From contig NC_092679.1 of NCBI RefSeq assembly GCF_964355755.1, positions 24,039,432 through 24,103,431 of the forward strand: a DNA stretch of 64,000 nt, written 5' to 3'. The translations under genes and the position numbers were made by a program. Positions 37,681 to 55,400 of this stretch are shown here, piece after piece. Every line of letters starts with the position of its first letter. Position 1 is the first letter of the stretch. This DNA comes from Antedon mediterranea (lineage: Eukaryota > Animalia > Echinodermata). The notes beneath the pieces are model-generated. The model ran no database searches. It was not told the DNA's origin and worked only from the letters and a program-made list of their open reading frames with translations.

Positions 37681-38030
37681 TCCCTTTACTATTAAGTGAT
37701 TGTTAAATCTGCAGCAAGCCTCCAGATGGCAGTAAACAGCAAATGTTGGTTAAACTGTGCAATAACCATATTTGACTTCAGATCCACAGATATAGTTCCT
37801 CAAATTACTTGCTGTTTTTATGTGAGCAGTGGGGGTAGCTCACTGCGAACTGTTTGCGAGTGACCAGTCGAATACGCCTTGTACCTCTTTCGTGAATGAT
37901 TTCCATAGAAACCAAGATAAGTTGATGGTTTTCATTGATGGTTGGGTGGTATCATTTTCTTGGTACATAGGGATGCAAAATGGATGCAATTCCACTATTG
38001 TATAAATATAACTTTCTTGTTTCAATATGG

Positions 38031-42369
<4,339 letters not shown>

Positions 42370-43480
42370 TTTTTTTATAAACTTTTTCGATCCTCTACAA
42401 ACCATACCATGTGTTTTTATTTACATGCTATAGCGCCCTCATAAATCGAGATGATTTAAGTCTATCAAAGATGGTGTACTATCTTTGAGTCTATGTACAG
42501 TACTTGTTTTATTTTATGTCTTCTTGCGTCTTTTGATGAATTAGTTTCAGCAGTTAGCTGTTGCAACTATAGGCCTAAATAAGCTTAAGTTTAATGTAGT
42601 AATATTAATAAATGAAAAATGTTGTTCTTCGGCAGGAAACGAAACTTGTTATTGATACTAAGTTAAATCCTTCACGATCTTTTAGAAATAGAATATTATA
42701 ATTGTCGGTCAAACTTAAATACCTAACTTACTAGCTACTGTACGACGGTACTTTATACAAACAGTTCGTTTTCGATTTGGATTAATTGAATATCCCCTGC
42801 CGTTTTAATGTTACAAAGGCGCACTAATCTAATAATAGTAATATTATATTCACTTTGACCAACAATTGGATCGAAAAAAAACCCATTATTTATCTAAAAA
42901 GTATAGTCAAATTGACTGCCAGCCAATGGGATTTTAGTTGAATTTAAGTGAAAACATTAAAACATTTTTCTAAATTTTATTTAAAAAAAATGTCTTTGAC
43001 CTTTAATTAATGTGTGTTATTTTTGGTTGTTGAAATTCTGTGTATAAACTTGAGAATGAAGTAACCTGGGATTTACCCCATTCCCCGGAGTCGAAACGTC
43101 GTTCCTCTTTTCTTCAACGTTATTTTTCTTTTTAATTTATATTTAGAACTACAAAATGGCATATTCAAAATATGATTCTATTATTGTTCATGTTTTTTGG
43201 GGCAACAATCGATCTTTGAAAATAATCGAAATACAGTTTCTTTAAAAGAAATAAAATACCGCATCAGCCATATATGGCTCTGAAGAAATAATGACTGGTG
43301 CGCCCCCTATGTTTGAAACCAACTGATGATGATATAGCGATCGCACTTCTGAAACATGTTTTATGCGCAAGACAGGAAGTGGATAGAAAATAGCGGATCG
43401 GTGTTTTTGACTTTGGCCTAACCAGATTGATGCCGAAAATATCATATTTTTCTCCTTAACTGATAATAGTTACAGCAACC
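42370..43480. promoter_or_regulatory. Divergent promoter region NDUFAF7 / MAP4K
   Basis: Head-to-head ATGs about 1.1 kb apart; ETS-like CAGGAAGT (~43373), YY1-like AAAATGGC/AAGATGG; CpGs retained. Confidence 0.55.
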
Positions 43481-46400
43481 ATGTCTGGAACTCCAAGTGC
43501 GGAGATATCCAGAAGGAATCCTACAGATGATTTTGAGCTATTGCAGCGAATTGGTAGTGGAACATACGGAGATGTTTACAAGGTGAGTCTTCTTGTTGTC
43601 AGTCAAAATACTTGCTTGCTAGCCTGACTGAGTATGAGGATAGTGGTGGTGTCTGATGTTATTGACGTGAGAGAAGATCACACAGGATTCCGTCGATTTT
43701 CGTACGCAATACTATCCCTCTGATTAATTAAATGGTACATAAATTGCGGAAATATAATGTACATTTAGGCCTACTGTCATTGATAGTTTTACACTTACTG
43801 TCAAAAAAGAATAACATAAAGTGGACATTCTTGTTGTATTTCTCATCAATTAAAAATGCGTTAAAAATATACTGACTGAGTAGGCTAGGCTAGCCTAGTG
43901 CCTACTTTCTAGCTAAAGCTATAGAATGGCTAGACATGGCATGGACAGACAAGCAAGTCTGTTTCTTGTGGTTTGACCTAGCTAGAGGCCTAGCCCCCTA
44001 GCTAGTAGAAGTAGTAGGCCTAGCCTTGTAATTTGTGTGAAGGCCTACCATTCCGAATAGGAAGGATACATGCACCTTGTACTTGCCTTGTTATTTGAAA
44101 TGATTATATAGCACTGTAACACAAAGCAACATAAACAAAATTTCAATAAAAATGCAGTGCAAGCCGTTTAATTGTGCTATAAATAAATTGATCATGTATA
44201 ATAACCTTGTTTTTTTTTCCGTTTCCAACATCATACACAATAGTAATTAAACAAACATACCAGTTAGTTTAGCAAGCAAGTACATTGGTACTCACATCCG
44301 ATGTTAAAAGCAAATAATCCAACTATTTTTTTCAAATTGGACATTGGATAAATGACAAATTATTGCTTTATATAAATATGAAACTTCTCAAATGCAATGC
44401 TACTTGCTTTAGTAAATTTATACAAAAAAAATGGGGAAAAAATTTGACATTTATTAAAAATAAATTGTGTTGCACTATATAATTCTTTTTGACAGTGAAA
44501 TGCCACTTGGATTGTTTCCTTTCGTTTTTAATTTGGCCTTCTTTCCATCAATTTCCTTCCATTGGAAACTAAGTTATATTATATTCATGGTTAAAACCAG
44601 TCAATTTCTTTCTGAAGCATTTTTCTTGCACATTATGTATATAACACATTTAATATGCCTTAATTATGTATGGTGTTTACAAGTTCGTTCATACATTTCT
44701 GGGAAAATGAGATAAATCTCTTGTTTTTATAGTGACAAGGCATCATAACATGATAATCAATACTTTGTCAACCTTTTTATTATTTTATAGTATGTAAATA
44801 TACTTTTATGCTAAATAATTTTCACATTGCTAAAAGTAAACAACTTGTAAAAACTTGGAACCAGGTTGGCATATTGTGTAGGAAATTCTCCCCGATATTT
44901 CCCAGGAGAACTTTTTGAAATCAGTGGTAGTTCATGGACAGAAATCAAATCGTTAGCATTACCCAAAATGCAATGGGCGTTGTCGGTCAATTCAAACGTT
45001 GCTGCAGTATAGTTGATTTTAGGTCAGTGGCTGTCAATCAAATAACTACAGGGCTCGCAGAATCGCTTGCCCGACGTCCCGCGGCAACCAAATAAATACG
45101 TCGGGCAACTAAAATTTAACATGTCCCGACGGGCAACCTCTTAAAATCACCGAAAATGTCCACGATGTTTTACAGGGGTTGTGAAAAACTGTAACAATGA
45201 AAATAATAGTCGCGCACGAACGAATTCTCTTGACGTCGAGACCAGTGTAGTGTTTGTTAAGTAAATGTATGGATCGGAATTCGGTGGTATGGAACGTTAT
45301 CTCCAGGAGCCAAAACATGTGTTTCTATGCAGTCGGGCGTATCAAGTCGTTGCGTATAGAGTTTCCAGGTCTGTCATATAGCACGCGGTCTCTTGCGGCA
45401 TCCATTGATCGCGAAATAGGAAGCGTTGAACTCTCGGCTTTTAACTTATTTGAAGTTATTATACCAGGGAGTTTCTAATTAACAACTTCCTAGTTATACT
45501 ATAAACCAAATAAAATAGGGGCTAGTATGTTTTTGTTTTTCTCAATTATCGACATCATTTTACGGTGGTAATAAAATCTGAATCTACTACTTAGTATTAA
45601 TTATGTGGCCTACAGCCTGATAGTAGATTAGGCCTATGTTTAATTACATTCATGTTATGTATTTTGTGTGTAATAAATAATTTGCTGAATTACTGTAATT
45701 ATTGTTCAAATGTACAGTTGTATTGAAAATACAGTATATTATTAAATTATAATAGATACGTAATTTTAATTGTCTGTGCCAAATAGGCGGCGGCCGATGT
45801 TTTTAACGCAGACAAGTAGGCCTACCATTTTTTTTTATAAATATTACAGAATATAAATTTAATAGGCCTAATAATTTATTTAATAAATACATTGAATACT
45901 TAAATAGTTAAAGTATATTTTTTATTATCAACATTGAAAATAATACACTTCTTCGGGTATTGCCGAGAGTTGAACTTTCAAAAACTCCAACTTGGCGGAG
46001 CACGTGGTTTTCACCACAATTCGGCACAGTTCCCTTGTGTTGTTTTCAATCACCAACTTGTGCGAGCAGATGGTTGTTTTTATCCAACCTGTGCGAGCTT
46101 CTACTGAAACAACAAGTAAACTTCCACAAGCCCGCACTCTCCACACACCATACCCATGTGCTCCTACTACGTACGGCAGCTGCTGTGAGGTTTTTTGCTA
46201 TACGCATGCGTATTGTTTCACGTCACGTAGACGGACGTCAGTTGATGTTTGTTTTTTTTTTCTTCTCTATGATTTCAACGCGTTACAAGCTCATCACCTT
46301 CATAAGTACTTTGTTTAAACTTTTTAGGCCTAGGAGGCCTACATTTCTATAGGCAATATTTTAGATATATCTATTAAATAATTGTAAGATAATTAGTGCC

Positions 46401-49400
46401 ATGTCTAGGCCACTACATTTTAAATATCGCAAAATAGCTTGATTTCGGAATTTCATTGCACAATAGAAGCAAAACGTTTTTGCTCCCAAAGTATTACCCA
46501 CGTGAATTCATTCACGAAAACACATCTTCGATCGATGACAAACAATGCCGTGCAACGAAGCGTAACCAACAGAAATAACATAGCGTTTTCAAGGGATTTC
46601 AGGACACCATGTTAATTAAACAATCGCAACTCTTGTACGGAGGATCGTATGAGAAAATAAATTACTGTAAAATGTTCTTAAAAGATCGGCCTACATCACT
46701 GTGTAATTGAAAAAATTTGAAAAATTGTTTTCACTACTTTAAAATCCATCGAAAAAAACACCACAGTGTATTAAGCATAGGCGTTTTTCACCGACGTTTT
46801 TTCGCGGTGCAGTCGCGGTATAAAACGTTAAAATTAAGTTAAAATAGTGGGCAAGTAAAAAAATGATGAGGGAAACCAAAATCAAAAACCTACTTGCCCG
46901 AAGGGCAACCAAATATTTTAGGATTCTGCGAGCCCTGAACTATTATTTTGTTAAAATTTTCACAGCAATAACTGGATAAATTGCGTTAACACCAGATCGA
47001 TCATGTTATTATTTTCAGACCGCTATTCAACCAGTTACTGAAAATTGGTCCTATTTCTGCTGCTAAGAAATTGGTGTTAACTAATTTATTTACACAGTTA
47101 ATAACCGGTTATATTTTCGCTTCAGAATGGGGACCTAAATATAAATTCTAGTGTTGTTTATCGTAACCTTGGTTGGATTAATTGCCTTTGGGTTTTAGAG
47201 GGCCATGCAACTGATTATCAATTACTTTACTTCCTCTAACAATTTAGACTTGACACTTGATGGAAAGAAGAACAAACTTGAGATACTGTACTGTATTTCA
47301 CAAGCTAAAGGCCCATAGGATGATATTATGCATTCATTAATGCTAAAGGCCCATATAATGATATGCATTCATTTTTTCTACATAAACGATTTAAGAATCT
47401 AAACATTTTTCATCATAGAACTATGGGATAATTAATAACCATCTATGCTGCCTTTCATCACAATAATAAACTGTACTTTTACATGTAACATCAAATGACG
47501 TTTTTATTGTTTTTATAATTGATCAAGTCATTACTTGATTGAATTTAAAAAAAATGTTATCTAAGACAGCATTCATGGTAGGTTATGCTATACTGTAGTT
47601 TTAGAATGTGTTCTCTTCTAGATTCTTTTTTTTTATGTGTGAAAAATGCATTTAAATGTAATTCTTTATCGTCAATCGTCATCATCCTAGTGTGCAGCCT
47701 TACAAATAACTCTTAAACATTTATTAAGCCTTTTTTTATTCAGGCTTAATAATAATATCGAACATTTATAAAATAAAGCACTCTTCACTGGAGTTTCACA
47801 GCGCAATATGAAAAGAATTTTTACTAACTCTTCACTGAGGATGAAATACAATTTTGAAAATGGTTTTTTTTTTTCAAAACTAAACTTGGCCTAGGATTAA
47901 CCCTAAGCTGTTCGACAGTAGAGAAAGTGACATTTGATTTTAAGTGAACATTTCCTTGAATGGCAAGCTGTAGCATAATTCAAGTAACCTAGTTAAAATG
48001 CACAGGTCTCCAGCTTGCTTTATTACAGTATGTAGTGCTTTGAAATTTCAAAATCACAACTAATCTAAGCCAATCACAATTAAGGAGATGTGAAAAAACC
48101 TTTTATCAAATTTAACAGTGCTATTATTTTGTGTAGAGGATATTCTCTAGGTACAAACAATTTGTTTCGCTCGCTGTATAGTTTAATTTTTATTGCATTA
48201 AAAAAAAAATGTATACAAGTTTTGATGTATTTACACTTTACAATATTTTTCTTTTTAACCCAAATGTCCTACTGTAATTTTACTTTTACTTCTCAAACCT
48301 TGTATAAACATTGGGCTAGTACTCTTCAATGGCCTCTGCTTTTAAGGAATTAATTTGGTTAAATATTTTAAATCGGTTGACAACCAAATTATAATTATTT
48401 CATTGTTTTGACATAGAAGTCTGTCATTCAGACAAAATGTTTTAATGCAAAAATCAAAGTGGACAAGGGTGCAGTAGATAAACACAGTTTTGTTCACAGG
48501 CTTAAATGATGATGCTTGGACCTTTACACTACAGTACAGCCAGGATGTGGTTTGGAGGGAGAGGTGGGGAGTTAAAGGAGTAGGGAATTGGAAAAGTTAT
48601 ATAATGATTTGGAATCATTGTGAATGTGATGAGCTCCATCTTTAAAAAGAACATTGGCAAAATATTGATTTATTTCAGCTCGGGAATCAGGAAAAAATGA
48701 AGTTGAATATATCGCGTGTTGATACTTAATATGAATGATCCATTGAAAGATACTATAGTAAATAGAATGGGAAAGTCCCAAATTAACGCTACTGTAGTAG
48801 TAGTAGTACACACAATTTCATTGGTTTAGGCTTTATACATTACAGAACATTATATTACCTCAAGTACTTAGACTCTGCATTTTCTGGCCTAATTACTACT
48901 ACTGTAAATAACTGTACTAGGATTTGAAGGAAGGGAATTTAATTCAAAGGTCAGAAAGTGCAAGAAAATAACTGGATACTAATTTGTTTGTTGACCTAGA
49001 TTATGAATGCTGCAGCCACTCCCTTCTTAGCATTCTCTCTTCTTCTCAATATCTATCAACTTTGTATACTGTCCCCATGTTCGTGTACAGTAGTAACTAA
49101 ATTACATTACAAAATAATTTGAATGTATTGAAGTCATGAAAATACTGTAGTTCCCAATTTGTTTAATAATAATATTATAGAAATCTCAATTTAATTACAC
49201 ACTGGAATTGTGCACTATTTATTTGTTGACTTTTTTTTATGGACAGTATTAGAAATTGGCAAAATGCAAGATACTGTAGGTACTGTAGTACTGTATTATG
49301 ATGACCTGATCAAACAGCGAGTAACTTGATAATTTTTATAGGAAAGATATTAAAATATCATGTTTAATAAACTGAATCTCATTTGGAGCTTAGCTACTGT

Positions 49401-52400
49401 ACCTGTAGGGAGTGGGATTCAACCCTATAGTATACACACTTTAGAATATTAGTGAACGGCAGCATCAAGGGGAGGAGCATTGCAACTAAATGTTAAGTAG
49501 GAACATAGAGATATTATATAATATCTCTATGGTAGGAACTACTGTATTATTTTATTGTATTTTTTTAGAGCGTTTGTTATGTATTGTACAATGTGTGACA
49601 TGACATTCAAAGGTCAATTTCATGTGTTCAGTCATGCATGGGAATCAAGAATCTTGAGCTAAAACTCGGTCAACCTTGAAATGGCAAAAAAATTGAAATA
49701 AACAATTTTAATGCCATGACCACTAGTAGTATGGTGCTGGGGAATGCATCCATTATGTGGCCTATTTCTGCTCTTAAGAACTTATTAAATAATAAAATGT
49801 TTGTGTTCTACTTTTTTTTTGCCATAAAGAAACCCAGTCAACAATCTGAATAGTTTGTTGTGGTTTCATTTAATAAATTGTTAAAGAAGGAACTAATCAG
49901 TAGTTATCTTTGTGGTCAAGAATGAATGATGGTTTCCTAGGATTTAAATTTCTAATATCATGTACAGTACTTGAATGTTAAGCATCATCTATGAAAATAA
50001 ATAAACAATAATACTATACTAACTACATATTGTACTGTACAGTTTGTATTGTTTGTGTTCTAGTTCTAAAAGTAATTCAAAATCAATTAATGATTGTTGA
50101 CTATAAAACATTGTCATTACCCAAAATGCATTAAGGTCAACCATGTCAAGTAAATAATTTGCATTTTTTAGCCAACTGGTTAAATGGTGAAATCCAACAC
50201 CCAATCAGCCTTCAAAATGATCATTGTCAATTGGCAATTATTTTGTTGCCATCATCAGTCATTTCATCGTATCCCAATATTCAGGGCTACTGTCGATTAG
50301 ATGTTTTCTGTGGTGGTGTTGTAAAATATCAGCAACATTACAATGTTATTATTCATCAATAATATTTTTGGTTTTGTTTTTTTATTGAAGTTTAATTTGA
50401 TTTCAGCTTCCATGTTTTAATTATGTTTTTTTTTTATTTGCTACTAAACAGTGTTTGATTAATTTAAATATAAAAAAACCCATATTCAGTAATTAATTAC
50501 AGTATGTTCAATATAAAATCAGTATTTAATCAGCATTATTTGTAAAGGTCAAGGTCAAATATGACTTGTCAAATCTTATATTTTTATAGTACAACAGTAC
50601 TACAACTTAATGGTATTATTTTACAGTACTGTTAATATAGCAACAGTAAATTTGTTGTATTCTCTCTATAACTTTACCCAATATACAATAGGCCTACAGA
50701 CATGGTTACATAAAAGGGTTAATAGATTTGCTGATAAGTTTTTAACCAAATCATTTGAAAGTGAGGTTAAAGTGTCTAATAATAAGCTTGTTAAATGCTC
50801 TTACCTGTAAATGTCTGTTTCCTGTGCTGCTAATTGATAGCAACCACTTTGACCACATTGGCGTGTCATAGTATGTCTACTGACGACATAGTCTACCCTG
50901 GTACCATAGACTTCATTAAGATTCTATACTATCTAGGAATTGTGCCAGATCCAAATTCAGACTCAATCAATGTCAAAATTCACTTTTTATACTATTTTTA
51001 AATTGTGATAAAGTCCGACACCAACATAGCAGGAAACAAATGTGGAAATGTTCATTTTTGCATAATGTGACTCTGAGTGATGTGTCATGGAATTGATAAA
51101 ATATGTCGGTTTACGGTCCTCTTCTGGTTATCTCCAATCTAGGCATCTACTAAAGGGAGCAATATTGTCCACCAGTCTTATGATTTATAATTTGTAAGCT
51201 CTGTCTACACTATCATAGGTATCCCAATGAAAAAATTCAGATTAATTTTTTTACTTTTTCTTTCAGTTAACCATAAAGAACTTAATGTAATTAGAATTTT
51301 GCAATTTAAATGATTGAAATCCGATTACCCGTTCTAAAGTTATGGTTATTTAAAGTGGTAAAAAAATATACGATTTTTTGCCTAAAAATGGTGTTTTTTG
51401 CAGTTGAAATTGGAAGCATTTTTAAAAGGTTATAACTTTTACAATAATTAGTTAAAAGTTTTGAATTTTGTTAAACCTATAGATATCACAGAGTTGTACA
51501 ACTCTATTTTTTTTGGAGCCTCAACGAAACCTATTTTTTAAATTATTGGTCCGCAAAGTGGTAGGAAAGCATTTAGCGCCCATTTTTGCTGGAATTCCCT
51601 AAAAAAAGGAAAAACTGCAATTTTTCAATGATCTGTAACTTTTGAACTACTGTACTAATTCATTTAATTTTTTTTGTACTTGTTAGAATGTAGTGTATAT
51701 TTCATTAATAAATATATTTTAGATGTGTATATGAAAAAAAAAATATTTTTAATGGTGAAATTTAAAATTATAAAAAAAAAAAATGAAAAAGTATGTTAAA
51801 AACGGTGTGTACTGTTTCCTTTCTTTTACACTAATTTTCGGTAAGTATAATTATTAGAATATTTTAATATACTTTATATTTATAATTTCAATCATAAATA
51901 CTATTATATATAACTTTTGAATACGTAAAACAAGATTTTAGGCCCGTATGATTATGACACCAAATCTAAGCCGGGCTGCTAAGTAAGATATGCTCTTTTA
52001 AGGCAAACGCACAATATGGGTCAAAATAAACTCATTTAAAATAATCAATGTTAATTAAAACAATTACCGTACTGACGCGGGTATAAGCCCACCCCCCTCG
52101 AACATGAAATCACGTCAAGTTTGGGGGTGGGCTTATACCCGAGGATCCAAAAATGCAGATCGTCAAAAACAGCACATGTACACTGTGTATTCCACCATGC
52201 GAGCGAGCGCCCTCACGTGTACGACGTTGCCTCTAAATACACGAGGTGTAGAGTGTCGGAAAATTAAGTTTATAGTTCGTGTAATTTATCGTAGAATATC
52301 TTATTTTAAACATCAATTTAACAAGAATTTATCAAGCAGAAAAGCAAGTATACAATGTTGGTTAAATAGAAATGTACCAAAGAAATTTAATAAGCTTGTT

Positions 52401-55400
52401 TATGGCAGCCGATACCAAATAGTGGTTTTCCGTTTTGGCGACTTGTAGCGTCGTGTGTGAAGCGATCTTCGACCGCGATGGAGTGTAAACAAAACAGGAC
52501 CGCTAGGCCTCATATGGCCTAGCGTATATTAGCCTAGCTTGGTTATGATCAAAGGTAGGTGTATTCGGTGTATGGACGTCACCAAATACAAAATAATGTA
52601 TTACGACACACACTGTAGATCTTCGAATTAATGGGTGGGCTTATACCCGAGTGCCTCATTTTTCATGAAAATTAGTCAAAAGTCGGGGGTGGGCTTATAC
52701 CCGAGTATGGGCTTATACCCGCGTCAGTACGGTAATTGTTTACCTGAATAGTATATATAACATTATAAAAATTGTTTTCTTTTCGTATTATTACGTTATT
52801 AAATTGAAATACGGAGCTAAAGTTTAGGCCAAGTCACGGCTTACTCGCGATCAGTAGTCGCTCCCGTTAAAGTATTTCGGTCGCAGTTAATGACTTTCGA
52901 CCGCCGTATACAGAGTCAAATGTAACGTTGCTAAATTAGCTTAATAAATTTCTTCGGTACATTTTAACCTAACGCATTTGTATTGTATACTTGCATAATA
53001 AATCTTCCGCACATTACATCAATTTTAAGTTGTTAAATTAATGTGTAAAACCAGATATTCTACGACGGAAAAGGACATGTCAATCTCCGACATCGCTGCT
53101 GTCACACATCTTGCGTCGAGCCGGTCGAACTCGAGCGAGGAAAACTAAACAACGTGTTCAAAATATGGAACGTACCATTCGCTGATAGGGTGCATTAATG
53201 TATTTACAATATTCACCGGATTATAATGGTTGGATCTTTAAAATTTTGAACGGGATTTACGCCTCATACACTATTTTAAAATGTAGTTCGCACAATTACC
53301 ATGCACAATACGTTTGTAAACTATGTTTTATCGATTTCAATGTAGATTTAGCTATAATTTAATACCAAAATCCATAATATTTTTCCATAAACGGTGAATC
53401 AAAATTGGATTTTTGTCACAAAAATTGACTTTTCGTTACGAAAAACCTATTTATAGAAGTCGATTTTTGTATCAAATTAAAGCTTATTTAAAGCCTGATA
53501 ACATACAACAAAAATTAATCCGCTAGCTTCAATGGTAATCGTGCGATCGTGTTTTGAAAACTGATGGGGATTTTCCGATGAGGTTTTCAACGCGCGGAAA
53601 TCGGCTCGACGGGATTTTAGAACCGTTTTAAAATCGCATTTTCTCGGCAACTAATTCATTAATTTTAATTATAAACCCACTTATACATAGATTAAAACAA
53701 GTACTTTCAAACAATATAAATTTTGTAAGTATTAATTAAGATTGAATACGATTTATTTAACATCAAAGTCATACTACTTTTTCGAATTTCGTCAATATTT
53801 CAAAAGTGATACCCCTCTGTGCGCTTTCATTGGGATACCTAATATTATGGCCACATCACATTTTTTTGTTTGATACTTAATATGGATATGATGATGTCAT
53901 ATCACTGCGTACCATATTTGATCACATCACACTTTTTTTGTCAAACTAGTTTGATAGTGTAGACAGAGCTTTAATGTCTTTAGGCACATGTGACGAAGAA
54001 TTACCAATAATAAATTAATCACTGTCCTATCAGATTGGTGGTAATCCCCCTGACACACAGGCTCTTTCTGTGAACCAGTTCACCGGGGTAACCCCTTACT
54101 TGTCGTGAAAGATGAACCTATGGTTTATATTCCAATATTTAAAAAGACTAGTTCCACCACCCGAACTAGGAGCAAGTCGGCTTCGAACCCATGCCGATAT
54201 TGTTGGTCTATGGTAAATTACACCCCTGCCTTAACCACTTGGACATTTGACCTGCTTGATAAAGATTACAACTGTCTTGATTTTAAGAAATTTTTATAAA
54301 ACAAATTGAGTTCAATTAATTTTTAATTTAAAAATAGAGGATGCCTTTAAATTCCTTAAAGATATTGTCCCCCAAAAAATTTATCCCTTAATAATATATG
54401 GTATTCAAAATTTTGTTTGAAATTCAATTATTTTTCGTTTTGAGGATCGACAATACAGACATCTTTTGTTGTAGTACATTAATACCGCAGGTGCTCTGGG
54501 ATGACCTACAGTAGTAGTACAGTATTTGCTGACCTAGATTGCTGATTCCAAGTACTGTACATTAATGTTGTTAAGTTAAAATATTACAGTGTAAAGTTTT
54601 TTTTTTATATTTTTTAGGCACGAATGATAACGACTGGAGATTTAGCTGCTATAAAAGTGATCAAGATCGAACCAGGTATTTATTAACTACACAATATTCC
54701 TTACACATTTTGTTTTATGTTATTGTTATACTCCAGTTGTTTGCTTTAAATGTTGAATCCTTTAAATACACAGTAGGCCTACCAACCAGGGAACTTCAAC
54801 ACTAGCAAACTAGTTAAATAAATGCTTTATAGTTACAAATTGTAAACATATATACTAGTGTTAGTGTTTGCTGGACTTGTCATTTTTAAAATTAAAGTTA
54901 TAGCATAAAAGGTACTTGATTGCCAATTATCTTGTTTAATTGGTAGAATTAATTAATTTACCAACACATTTATTGTTTACTAGAGTAGTAGTAGTTGAGT
55001 TGCTTATATTTTTTTACAACCATCAAATGTTTGCGAGTGGATAAATCAGTAATGTCTAGCCCAGAATACTTTACTGCACTTTACATGAACAAGTCTGCAA
55101 TTTAATAATTTTGAAGTGTATTTATATTCTTGTCCTATGATGTAATGTGGACATCTGGATTACTTACAGGAAATTATGAGATCAGCCAAATATGGTTTAC
55201 TTTCATTGACATGGTATATTGTACAATTGAACCATTCAAAACATATAGTGGTTTACTTTCATTGACATGGTATATTTATTTTACAATTGAATTGAACCAT
55301 TCAAAACATATAGTGGTTTACTTTCATTGACATGGTATATTGTACAATTGAACCATTCAAAACAATATAGTTTGTGTGTTGTGGTCACTATGACTTTCAG

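Noticed and set aside
36917-37699. 253-260 aa ORFs, and the ORFs over other arrays (7453-7813, 17570-17911, 35050-35397, 59011-59665)
   Set aside because: Stop-free reading frames of tandem repeats giving periodic peptides, with no splice or homology support.
45928-46352. Short ORFs inside the hAT-like element as a transposase remnant
   Set aside because: No BED/TTF finger, DDE or dimerisation motif recognised.
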